Shown: piece by piece, positions 42,416 to 51,249 of the stretch | Layout: each line of letters starts with the position of its first letter | Position numbering within the stretch: the stretch's first letter is position 1 | From: a virus | Strand: one strand, 5' to 3' | Length of the DNA stretch: 64,000 nucleotides | IMG/VR virus record: IMGVR_UViG_3300031834_000001 | Span: 1-64,000 of that record | The notes under the pieces: model-generated | The model's input: only the letters and a program-made list of their open reading frames with translations | Database searches by the model: none | What the model was told of the DNA's origin: nothing | Position numbers and translations under genes: made by a program

Positions 42416-43088
42416 GGTGATCGCTACTCTCGAAACCGGCCAGGTGGCCACGTTCGACGGGAATCTCCCGCTCGATGGTATCATCGCGGCCGCCTGGATG
42501 CGCCGGTATCACCCGGATGCCTTCTGGACCGGCGCGCCGAACCGCATGGGCGAGGACTGGATTGAGCCTATCCTCCCCCTTGACCGGCGCGTGTCGGACG
42601 GGGAGTGGTACTGGGCTTCCTCGTTCGCCCGGTACCGCCAACTGTCCGAGGAGATCACCTACTGGCATAAGAGGTTCGACGACGACATGGAACACTTTCT
42701 CGACTTGGGCGGCCGGAGTGGTAGGATGAATGTGAAGTCGGGGCCATTTAAGAGTTACCGGATGCCCCTGGTCTACATGGTCACGCCGGAGCTAGTCTGG
42801 CACATCGTTGGCGACAGGGGGGAAGTGGCGAGCCTACTCGGCATGATACCCGCCGTCGGCAAGAAGCGCTCGGCCGGCTATGGTTTCGTGGCCTCCTGGG
42901 TGGTCGAACCCTGGCCGGTGGACCTCTCCTGCCATGATGAGCGCGGGAGACCGATGCGAGCCATTCCGACCAGGGACGGCCCGTCCGAATGTGGGGTCAG
43001 GCCGCCCTACTGGCATCCGGTGAACCGGGTTAGGTGCGAGATGCCTGCCCCGTGGGGAGGAACTGGGGAGTGGGAGAGACAGGGATAA
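42402..43088 (+). CDS. csf3: Type IV Csf3 (Cas5-like RAMP)
   Basis: LPLDGIIAAA, SGPFKSYRMP, VGKKRSAGYGFV, RPPYW. Confidence 0.9.
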   Translation: MEPLRVIATLETGQVATFDGNLPLDGIIAAAWMRRYHPDAFWTGAPNRMGEDWIEPILPLDRRVSDGEWYWASSFARYRQLSEEITYWHKRFDDDMEHFLDLGGRSGRMNVKSGPFKSYRMPLVYMVTPELVWHIVGDRGEVASLLGMIPAVGKKRSAGYGFVASWVVEPWPVDLSCHDERGRPMRAIPTRDGPSECGVRPPYWHPVNRVRCEMPAPWGGTGEWERQG

Positions 43089-43606
43089 TGTTTCCGTGCC
43101 TGGGGGTCAAGCTGGTTCCGGCGGACAAGGTAGTCTGCAACGGCTACAATCCCAACAAGGTGGCGCGGCGAGAGCTCGACCTGCTGGAACTCTCCATCAG
43201 GGAGGATGGGGTGACTCAGGCGCTCGTGGTCTACCATGATGTTGGGGCCGACAAGTACGTCATTGTGGACGGGTTCCACCGCTACGTCGTCCTGGTTCGC
43301 CTGGGGTGTGCCGAGATCCCGGTAGTCGTGATCGACAAGGACCTGAGAAACCGCATGGCGAGCACTGTCCGGCACAACCGGGCGCGGGGCAAGCACCAGG
43401 TGGACTTGGTGGCCGAGTTGGTCAAAGCGCTCCTCGCCAAGGGATGGGACGACGCGAGGATAGCGGAGCATCTCGGGATGAGCGCGGAGGAACTGCTGCG
43501 CCTGAAGCAGATCGTCGGTGCCGCCAAGTTGCTGGCTGGCACGGAGTATTCGGCGTCTTACGGGAGGGACGATGAGCCGGATGGGCAGGATTCATCTGAC
43601 AGATAA
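43088..43606 (+). CDS. IbrB-like ParB/Srx-domain protein
   Basis: NGYNPNKVA...SIREDG...IVDGFHRY...STVRHNRARGKH. Confidence 0.9.
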   Translation: MFPCLGVKLVPADKVVCNGYNPNKVARRELDLLELSIREDGVTQALVVYHDVGADKYVIVDGFHRYVVLVRLGCAEIPVVVIDKDLRNRMASTVRHNRARGKHQVDLVAELVKALLAKGWDDARIAEHLGMSAEELLRLKQIVGAAKLLAGTEYSASYGRDDEPDGQDSSDR

Positions 43607-44354
43607 CCACGATCAACTGGACCTGCCGAGAGGACGCGAGGCGGTCTGGCTCCATTCCGCAAAGGACCGCAGGCCGCGGGCGGAGCGGTGCGTCACGCTC
43701 CCGGAGTTCCTGGATGCCCCCTGGGAGAGCGTCAAGGGTGCGGACCTCCTCGTCGTTGTCGGTCTCGTTTCCCGCCTTTGCACTCCCGGCAACAGGGTGC
43801 GCCTGGGCCAGTATCTCACCGACCCCTGGAATGGCCCCGAGCGCGTCTCGGTAGACGACAGGTTGTTCATCGTCGATCCGTGGCGCATGTGGTGGCACTT
43901 TGGTTGCGTAGGCATCGACTTCGGGGGATGCTCCGTGAGTTATACCTTGGAGACTCGTTGGAACGGTTTCGTGGTGGGGATGAGGGAGAACCCCTGCACC
44001 CCTTCTGAACTCGACCGCTACGGCCTTGGCGTCATTGACGCCCGCGGAGCCTTCAAGTTCGAGCCGATCAACATTCACGTCGAACCCATGCCGGAGGAGG
44101 TTCGCGAATGCTACGCCGCCGAGAAAGAGGTCGCCTTCAACGAGGAGGCGACTCCGGCGGCGATCATCAAGCGCCTGGCCGCCTTCGCTTCATCGGTCTA
44201 CCCGTCCCGGTCGGTGCCTTCGTTTAGGGACATGTTCCGCAACCGCCACCTTGAGGTCCGGGCCACAGACCTTGGCGTGGACCGCTTCCTGGCGAACCAG
44301 ATTTCTCTCCGGGTTGAGTTGACCAACTACGCCGCCGAGAGCTTCGCCGTATGA
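43572..44354 (+). CDS. Hypothetical protein between the IbrB-like and IbrA-like genes
   Basis: 260 aa ORF overlapping both neighbours. Confidence 0.75.
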   Translation: MSRMGRIHLTDNHDQLDLPRGREAVWLHSAKDRRPRAERCVTLPEFLDAPWESVKGADLLVVVGLVSRLCTPGNRVRLGQYLTDPWNGPERVSVDDRLFIVDPWRMWWHFGCVGIDFGGCSVSYTLETRWNGFVVGMRENPCTPSELDRYGLGVIDARGAFKFEPINIHVEPMPEEVRECYAAEKEVAFNEEATPAAIIKRLAAFASSVYPSRSVPSFRDMFRNRHLEVRATDLGVDRFLANQISLRVELTNYAAESFAV

Positions 44355-45406
44355 ATGTCTACGAGGGGGCCGTAAACCGAATTAGGTTCATCTTCGCCGA
44401 GTTCCCGCGTGTGGTCGTCAGCGTCTCCGGCGGGAAGGACAGCACGTGCCTATTCTACCTGGCGGCGGCAGAGGCGGAGCGGCAAGGGCGGCGCTTCGAG
44501 GTGTTCTTTCTGGACCAGGAAGCGGAGTATCAGAGTTCCGTCGAGATCATTGAGGGGATGATGCGGCACCCGCTAGCGATCCCGCGTTGGTACCAGGTGC
44601 CCATCCATATGACCAACGCTACGAGTCACGCCGAACTCTTCCTCCACGCCTGGGGTGAGGGTGAAACTTGGATACGCGAGAAGAGCCCGCTGGCGATTCA
44701 CGGCATCCCCGAACCATACCCGAAGCGGTTCTACGACTTCTTCCCCTGGTTTGAGAGTCTGGACCGGGAGCCGACGGCGCACCTGGTCGGCCTGCGGCAG
44801 TTCGAGAGCCTAAACCGTCACCGGGCGGTCTACAAGGCCAATGGGTACAAGCACTATAAGTGGAGCACCCGATGCGCTCCAGGAAGCGCGAGTTACCGCT
44901 TCTATCCGATTTTCGACTGGCAATTCCGCGACGTGTGGAAGTGCATCGCCGACAACAGTGTCCCCTACAACAAACTCTATGACCGCATGTACGCCCGGAG
45001 CGGCGCGAACATGAGCACCATGCGCGTGTCGAACCTCATCCACGAGCGGGCATTCCGGGCGCTGGCGCAGGTGCAGGAGTTCGAGCCGGACACCTACGAC
45101 AAATTGGTCGCCCGGTTGGGCGGGGTGCATTGCGCCGCGCTCTACGCCGAGGACCGCTACATCTTTAGCGCCGACCGCCTGCCACCCGCGTTCAAGTCGT
45201 GGCGGGAGTACCGCGACTACCTATTGGCGACGACGCCGTCAAGCACGCAAAGCCGCTACCTCAAGCGCTTCGCCAAGCAGGACGCCGACGAGTCTGCCTG
45301 TCAGCACCAGGTCAAGCAGTTACTCCTCAACGACTGGGAAGGCAATCTTCCGATCACGCGGCAGAAGAGGCGGAAGGTCCGGGAGCAATGGTGGGACCTC
45401 CTATGA
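44351..45406 (+). CDS. IbrA-like PAPS-reductase-family PP-loop protein
   Basis: VSVSGGKDS, FLDQEAEY, VGLRQFESLNR, YPIFDW. Confidence 0.9.
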   Translation: MNVYEGAVNRIRFIFAEFPRVVVSVSGGKDSTCLFYLAAAEAERQGRRFEVFFLDQEAEYQSSVEIIEGMMRHPLAIPRWYQVPIHMTNATSHAELFLHAWGEGETWIREKSPLAIHGIPEPYPKRFYDFFPWFESLDREPTAHLVGLRQFESLNRHRAVYKANGYKHYKWSTRCAPGSASYRFYPIFDWQFRDVWKCIADNSVPYNKLYDRMYARSGANMSTMRVSNLIHERAFRALAQVQEFEPDTYDKLVARLGGVHCAALYAEDRYIFSADRLPPAFKSWREYRDYLLATTPSSTQSRYLKRFAKQDADESACQHQVKQLLLNDWEGNLPITRQKRRKVREQWWDLL

Positions 45407-45957
45407 CCGATATTATCATCAGGGCCTGCCGGGAGCGGCAAGCATGGGTGGACTATCTTCTCGACCGGCTACCGGGGGCCACGGTTGTCTACGATACCAC
45501 GCGCAACGCGATGAACACCTTCCTCGAAGCCCTGCGAGTTGCCGGCGACCGCCCGGTTATCCACATGGAGGACGACGTGCTCCTCGCGAAGGGGTTCGTC
45601 TGCAAGGCCGAGTCGGTGATAGGCGAACGTCCCGAGACGGCCATTCAGTTCTTCTCGATGCGCAAGCGGGACATCCAGGTTGGGTCTAGGTGGGAACCCG
45701 GAGGGACCTTCCTAGCGGGCCTATGCTTCTACTTGCCGGCCGGGATGTCCGAGCGGCTCCTGCGCTTCGACTGGCCCCGTCGGGAGGAGCATCCCACCGG
45801 CCTAGACTTGCTGGTCGCCGATTTCCTGCGGGCCAACAAGGAGAGGTACTGGCTACATGTCCCCAATCTGGCGCAACATCGGTTTGGCAAGAGTCTGATC
45901 GATTCCCGCCGCTCGCGCTATCGGCAGTCGTTGACCTTCGAGGACCCCGACGAATGA
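45403..45957 (+). CDS. Putative GT-A glycosyltransferase
   Basis: VIHMEDDV (DxD-like), DLLVADFL, PNLAQHR. Confidence 0.6.
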   Translation: MTDIIIRACRERQAWVDYLLDRLPGATVVYDTTRNAMNTFLEALRVAGDRPVIHMEDDVLLAKGFVCKAESVIGERPETAIQFFSMRKRDIQVGSRWEPGGTFLAGLCFYLPAGMSERLLRFDWPRREEHPTGLDLLVADFLRANKERYWLHVPNLAQHRFGKSLIDSRRSRYRQSLTFEDPDE

Positions 45958-46703
45958 CGGAGGACGAAATGGAGTTGTATCACCTCCATGCCCGGCTTCC
46001 CCGCGTCCGCCGTTTGACCGCGCAGGCCATGTCCGACCTTCGCGACTGGCGGGCCAACTGTTCCCGCCCTTACGTCGCTTGGTCCACCGGGAAGGACTCG
46101 ACCCTCTGCTTGTGGCTCGCTCTCCAGGTGGACCCGAATGTCGAGGCTATCTACCTTGACGCCGAGTCTTCCCTCCCGGAGACAGAGGAGATGCTCGACA
46201 CCCTGCCCGCCCAGTGGGGCTTCCGCCTCCGAGTAGTCAAGACACGGCCGCTTCTCGACATGCTGGCCCAGTATGGCTTGGACGACCCGCATATCGAGGA
46301 GCGGACGATGCAGGCAACCGTCCGGGAACCGATTAAACGGCTGAGACGCGAGGGATACGACGGCGTTGTCGTGGGCATTCGCGCCGATGAGAGCCGGGGC
46401 AGAATGAAAGGCATTAACCGCATGGGGCGACTTTTCTGGAGCAAGTCGTCCGGGATGTTGACCTGCTGGCCTGTGGCCCGATGGACAAGCCGGGATGTCT
46501 GGGCTTACACGGTGGCCAACGGGCTCCCCTATAACCGGGCCTACGACAAGCTCCTGGGTTGGCCACTTGAGGAGCGGCGAGTCTCCTACTGGGCGGGCGA
46601 GACCAACAGGGAATGCGGCCGCTACGTCTGGCTCCGGCGGTACCACCCCGACCTTTATGCCCAACTGGTTGCCCGACTCCCGCGAGTAGGCAACTTTGTC
46701 TGA
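45954..46703 (+). CDS. cysH: CysH-like PAPS-reductase-family protein of type IV-B
   Basis: VAWSTGKDS, VGIRADESRGR, PVARWTSRDVWAY. Confidence 0.88.
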   Translation: MTEDEMELYHLHARLPRVRRLTAQAMSDLRDWRANCSRPYVAWSTGKDSTLCLWLALQVDPNVEAIYLDAESSLPETEEMLDTLPAQWGFRLRVVKTRPLLDMLAQYGLDDPHIEERTMQATVREPIKRLRREGYDGVVVGIRADESRGRMKGINRMGRLFWSKSSGMLTCWPVARWTSRDVWAYTVANGLPYNRAYDKLLGWPLEERRVSYWAGETNRECGRYVWLRRYHPDLYAQLVARLPRVGNFV

Positions 46704-46721
46704 CCTGAACCCGCCGCCCTA

Positions 46722-46923
46722 AAGGAACCTCCCCGTTCCCGCCTCAACTACCACCCAGACCCTGAACGCTAGGAGGCCGACTCGCCGCCGTGTCCGACTC
46801 TCCATCCCCCGTCACCCTGCTTACCGGAGACTGCCTGGTGGCCAAGAGTAGGCAGAAGGAACCTCCCTTGTCCGCTCTCAACTACCAGATAGACCCTGAA
46901 AGCGAGGAAGCCCAGTCGCCGTG
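46722..46923 (+). repeat. Two imperfect ~70 bp direct repeats (promoter motif, leader, RBS, GTG)
   Basis: AAGGAACCTCCC-N10-TCAACTACCA-N3-AGACCCTGAA-N4-AGGA...GCCGTG at 46722 and 46856. Confidence 0.85.
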
Positions 46924-46924
46924 A
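46790..46924 (+). pseudogene. Probable remnant of a DNA methyltransferase
   Basis: RBS AGGAGG then MSDSPSPVTLLTGDCL, after which the frame runs into the second repeat copy. Confidence 0.5.
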
Positions 46925-47786
46925 AGATCATTGAGCACCTCGACGGCCGCTCCTACGCTGACGACCAGACTCTCCGCGAACTCCACTGGTCCGGCCTGCT
47001 CGACTTGCCGCGCCTGCTAACCTGGCTCAGACGGGAGCCCGTGGCGGGTTGTGAGTGTCCGGTCAACGTAGGAAGCGAGGAGTGCTGGGGGCTCATGCGG
47101 CCGCAGGGGGTCAGCGGGGGGAGGGTCGGGAGATGAAGGAAGCCTGGGACGCCATGATACGCAAGTTGCGCCGGGCCATTCTGAGGTGGCTATTCACGCC
47201 GGAACCCAAGCGGTGCCCGAAGTGCAAGTCGGCCAAGGTGGAGCATGCGACCGGCGGGATAAGCACCACCTTCAGTTTCACCTTTGAGGCCCGTTGCCGA
47301 GCCCGTGGCCACGAGTGGGCGGAGCGCCGCAGGGATAACAACTGGTCCGGCTGGTACGACCCGAACCGCAACCCGTACGACAGGGAGGCGGGGAAGACGT
47401 GAGCGAGCCCATTCGCCCATCAAGTGTCCCGGCTAACCCCTACTCCCTCTTCAACCTGGCGACCGTCACCTATGCGCCGCCCGACTGCGCCGTGGTCAAG
47501 ATGGGGAGCGACGCCTGCCTGCTCGACACGGCAACCGGGAAGGCCCTGGTGTTCAAGTCGGGCTGGGAGGAAGAGGTGTTCGGGCCGACCCCCGTGGACG
47601 ACTCAACGGACGAATCCTGCCCGGATTGCCCGCTCGACAAGTGTGTTAGGTACGACCCAAACGACCCCAGGTCATGCCCATGGGACCGCGCCACCGGGTA
47701 CGTCGGGGACTTCAAGGAGGGACACCCGAAGCGAGACGTGCTTGCCAAGGTTGTGCCGATGCGGACAAGGGAATGGGGGAAAGAGG

Positions 47787-48134
47787 ATGCTCGGGATGAG
47801 TGACGAGACCAGGGTGAGGGTAACCCATTTCGAAATTAGGGGCCGCCAATGCGTCTGCCTTGCCGCCCAGATTAATGACGATGGCCTATGGAACGACCTT
47901 GGCCCCCACTTCTATGTCGGCCCGCCAAATTGGTTTGAGCGGCTATGCGGGGTGACTCTGGGGGCCAAGATCGAGCGGGCGAGGGAGCGGCTAGCCTCGC
48001 GAGTCGCGGCGTCGGTCAAGATATACCAATCCGTGCGCGCCGCGTGCGGACCATGGTTGTCCGACCTGGGCGACACTGGCCCGGCTTCCATGGCGGGCGA
48101 CATCATCCCGCCTTCGCCAAGGAGGCCAGAGTAG
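47787..48134 (+). CDS. Hypothetical protein, paralog of the 35777-36986 family
   Basis: PPNWFERLCGVTLGAKIERA. Confidence 0.6.
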   Translation: MLGMSDETRVRVTHFEIRGRQCVCLAAQINDDGLWNDLGPHFYVGPPNWFERLCGVTLGAKIERARERLASRVAASVKIYQSVRAACGPWLSDLGDTGPASMAGDIIPPSPRRPE

Positions 48135-48393
48135 CCATGGAGCCCCTCGCCGTCCTCACCCGCCGCGCCGACGGTGGCTTCACCCTCTCCCCCATCCCGG
48201 ACACGGTTGCCGGGCGGCACTGGCTAGCCGAGGGCGGCAGGACGCCATGGACTAACTGGCCCATCGTGAGGGACTGGGGGCAGGCGGGGCCGGTGGGAAG
48301 CGGCGTGGATGACAAGGTGGAACCGGGCAGACCGGAAGTCCGGGGATTTTGGGCGAGGTTGGGGAGACGGCAAATGACTAAGGGGCGCGGACT

Positions 48394-49128
48394 ATGAGAT
48401 GGACCCAGGTAGTCAGTGGAGGCATCGACATCGGGGAAACCATGGGTTACAAGCTCCTCGCCGGCGGGCTCATTAAGCAGGCCCTCGACGATGTGGCCGA
48501 CGGTTGTCTTGAGGCCCTCCTCTTCCTCCTGCTCGACATGCGGACCGAGTCCCTCTGCGAGGACGTGCCGGACCCGCCTATCTTCGGCTACCACGAGGTT
48601 CGCAAGGAGGCCGCGAAAAAGTGGCGGGAGGCCAGGTTGACCAAGTCGGCCCTGCGATGCGAGGAACACTGGCCGTCCCCGTGCATGGTGGCCCCCACGG
48701 CTCCCTGCTTCACGGGGTCTGTCGGGGGGTGCCCGCTCAGAGTGTCTCGCGTTAGCGAACGCGGCAAACGGAAGCCAGTGGCTCCCCTGGTCGCCGAGGA
48801 CCCCTCGCCGGTTAGGGTCCTCATCTACGGCTCGGAGGGTTGGGCCGATGAGGTCGTTTTGGGGGCCGTGTTGGGGCGGTTTCCCCTGGACTCCGTGGTT
48901 ATCCACGCCGACCGAGCGGGCGTGGAACAAGTGGCGAGCAAGGTGGCCGGAAAGCTGGGGCTGGCGACGGAACTCTGGACTCCTGCGCGGGAGAGGTTCC
49001 CCAGGGCGGACGTGGCGTTCGGCTTCGTTGCGCGGGGCGAGCCGGACGCGAGGAGCCGGGCGCTAAGGGTGAGGCTAGAGAGATCGGGAATGCCGAACTG
49101 GATGTACAAGGGAGGCGGTAAGACGTGA
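48394..49128 (+). CDS. Protein with C-terminal SLOG/DUF2493-like domain
   Basis: RVLIYGSEGW...VVIHADRAGVEQVA. Confidence 0.55.
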   Translation: MRWTQVVSGGIDIGETMGYKLLAGGLIKQALDDVADGCLEALLFLLLDMRTESLCEDVPDPPIFGYHEVRKEAAKKWREARLTKSALRCEEHWPSPCMVAPTAPCFTGSVGGCPLRVSRVSERGKRKPVAPLVAEDPSPVRVLIYGSEGWADEVVLGAVLGRFPLDSVVIHADRAGVEQVASKVAGKLGLATELWTPARERFPRADVAFGFVARGEPDARSRALRVRLERSGMPNWMYKGGGKT

Positions 49129-49706
49129 ACGCCAACGCCGCGCCGGGAACCGTGACAACCGCCCAGGCCGACTGGATTCTTTTCAACCGGGTCGAACTGC
49201 GCGGCCTGGCTGAAGCTATCATGCCCAAGACTTCTACCTCCATCGTGGCGTTTGGGGTAACAGGGGGAGCCGATGAGTCGCCCATCGAGACCACGGCCAT
49301 CGAGAGGGCCCAGATTACCTATGTGCTAGATGAAGCGGACAAGGCCATCCGGGATCGCTGCGCCGGGTGGAGAGACCGCAAGAGGCGCAAGATGTTCCTG
49401 CGGATCGTGGCCCTTTGGTACGATGAGTGGAAGACGTGGAGGGAGATAGACCAGGCCATCTACTATACCCAAGTCCACTGTAGGCGCTTCCGGGGCATGG
49501 CGAGACAGGCGGTCAAGGAGAGGTTGGCGAGCCTGCCGGGCACGGCGATGAAGGACTTCTGGAAGGCCGCGAGGACACACACTTTGGGGCATGTTGAAAC
49601 TAATATTAATGAGAGGTTGGCGGAGGCTAGTCTAGCAGGGAGAACAGGGCAAAAGGCGAGGGCAAAGATGATCACTTTTGGAGGGGTTTCGGAGGTGACA
49701 CGATGA
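49125..49706 (+). CDS. Putative late transcription activator (ArpU/RinA-like)
   Basis: IVALWYDEWKTWREIDQAIYY HTH-like segment; last gene before the packaging module. Confidence 0.6.
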   Translation: MNANAAPGTVTTAQADWILFNRVELRGLAEAIMPKTSTSIVAFGVTGGADESPIETTAIERAQITYVLDEADKAIRDRCAGWRDRKRRKMFLRIVALWYDEWKTWREIDQAIYYTQVHCRRFRGMARQAVKERLASLPGTAMKDFWKAARTHTLGHVETNINERLAEASLAGRTGQKARAKMITFGGVSEVTR

Positions 49707-49852
49707 GCACATAGGCGTATTATGCGGACCAGGGGGTTCTGTCCTCCACTGCCCACTGAGGAAGGCTACCGCAGGCCGCCGGGTACGGCGGTCTTGTGAC
49801 GTACAGGGGAGGCCCAACCCCACGGGCCCGCCCAGACAGGAACCAACCCACC

Positions 49853-50236
49853 ATGCCCACCGCCCCACCCCACGCCTGCGCTAACCGAGCCTGCCCCGGC
49901 CTCGCCGCCAAGGGTCACCGCTACTGCCCGGCCTGCGAGGGCAAGGGCATGGGGCGCGAGGAAGCCAGGGTCTACGATGCCAGACGGGGGAGCGCGAGGG
50001 AACGGGGGTACGACGGGAGATGGGAGAGGTTCCGGGCTAGCATCCTGCGACACCGGGGTATCTGTGAGTACCGGGAGGACGGCGGTAAGCCCTGCGTTGA
50101 GCCAGCCACTGACGTGCATCACGTTATCCCCAAGGTTGACGGCGGCCCGGATACCGAGGAGAACGTCCAAGCTTTATGTGGCTATCACCATAAGGCGACT
50201 GAATCTAGAAGCGGCAGGCGGTGGGGCCATGCGTGA
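49853..50236 (+). CDS. Packaging-associated HNH endonuclease
   Basis: RGSARERGYDGRW...VHHVIP...NVQALCGYHHKA. Confidence 0.9.
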   Translation: MPTAPPHACANRACPGLAAKGHRYCPACEGKGMGREEARVYDARRGSARERGYDGRWERFRASILRHRGICEYREDGGKPCVEPATDVHHVIPKVDGGPDTEENVQALCGYHHKATESRSGRRWGHA

Positions 50237-51041
50237 CCTGGTCTGCGAGAGATGCCATGAACCCTTCCGATCAGTTAGGCCGCGCCAGTACTGCTCGCGA
50301 ACCTGTTCCAACAGGGCAACCTCGCCGGTGAGGGAGGACGCTGCCGCCCAGAAGAAGGCGGTCACCCTGTGGTCATGCGGGGGAGGCGTGCAGAGCGCAG
50401 CGGTGGCCGTGCTGATAGTGGAGGGCAAGCTGCCCAGGCCCGACCTGGCCGTCATGGTGGATGTGGGATACGAGACGGCGGCCACATGGCGCTATGTGGA
50501 CGAGGTCATCAGGCCGGGCGTTGGGGATGTTGGGGTAACGTTGGAGATCGTGAAGACCACCGACTGGGCGAGCAATGACCTGTTCGACAGGACTGGCCAC
50601 CTGGTCATTCCCGCCTACAAAGAGGACGGGGGCAGGTTGGCCACCCACTGCTCAGGGCCGTGGAAGGTCAGGGTGGTCAAGCGGTGGCTCAGGAGTCTGG
50701 GAGTAGAGAGGTGCGAGGATTGGGTGGGCATCTCGGCGGATGAGGCACAGAGGGCTAGGCCGTCGGGGAGCAGGTGGTTCAGTAACAGGTACCCGCTCGT
50801 TGAGGCGGGCATGACGAGAGAGGACTGCCTGTGGGCTATCTGTGGACACGGTTGGCCGAAGCCGATGAGGACATCTTGCGTCATGTGCCCACAGAGGAGC
50901 GCGGCGCAGTGGCGGGGGATGAAGGAGAGCCAACCGGACGAGTGGGACAGGGCGTGCGAGATAGATGAGGAGATTAGGGCGCGAGGCGCGAGGGCGTATC
51001 TGCACAGGTCGCTAAGGCCGCTCCGGGAGGCGTTGGGGTAG
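50229..51041 (+). CDS. Zn ribbon plus PAPS-reductase-like PP-loop protein
   Basis: CERC...CSRTC; WSCGGGVQS; VGISADE; YPL; SCVMCP. Confidence 0.8.
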   Translation: MRDLVCERCHEPFRSVRPRQYCSRTCSNRATSPVREDAAAQKKAVTLWSCGGGVQSAAVAVLIVEGKLPRPDLAVMVDVGYETAATWRYVDEVIRPGVGDVGVTLEIVKTTDWASNDLFDRTGHLVIPAYKEDGGRLATHCSGPWKVRVVKRWLRSLGVERCEDWVGISADEAQRARPSGSRWFSNRYPLVEAGMTREDCLWAICGHGWPKPMRTSCVMCPQRSAAQWRGMKESQPDEWDRACEIDEEIRARGARAYLHRSLRPLREALG

Positions 51042-51140
51042 GTAGGGGCGGTGGAAATCTGTGGGACCGACTGTGAGAGGACCGACAGGGTGGGAAGGAA
51101 GGCAGTCAACCCTCCCCGGTTCAAACGTGATTTTGCCGCA
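51035..51140. other. Candidate cos/packaging-site region
   Basis: G-rich tract and GGAAATCT between the HNH gene and terS, where cos lies in HK97-like phages. Confidence 0.35.
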
Positions 51141-51249
51141 AGAACAAATTGAACAGTCCGCTCAACCTAGCCTAGCTAGCGAAGAGGAGTCCTCCCACTC
51201 CCTGGTTGAGCGGGTTTCCATTTGGGAGACCGCGAGGGAGAGCGGAACC

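Noticed and set aside
43088-43606. Plasmid partition ParB
   Set aside because: No parA; motifs and the IbrA-like neighbour match the IbrB type
44351-46703. Sulfate assimilation auxiliary metabolic genes
   Set aside because: No cysD/N/C or sulfite reductase; the context (ParB-like, csf, glycosyltransferase) points to nucleic-acid-related roles
46722-46923. CRISPR mini-array next to the csf operon
   Set aside because: Only two degenerate ~70 bp copies, not palindromic, each ending in RBS plus GTG and matching a promoter-like motif found elsewhere
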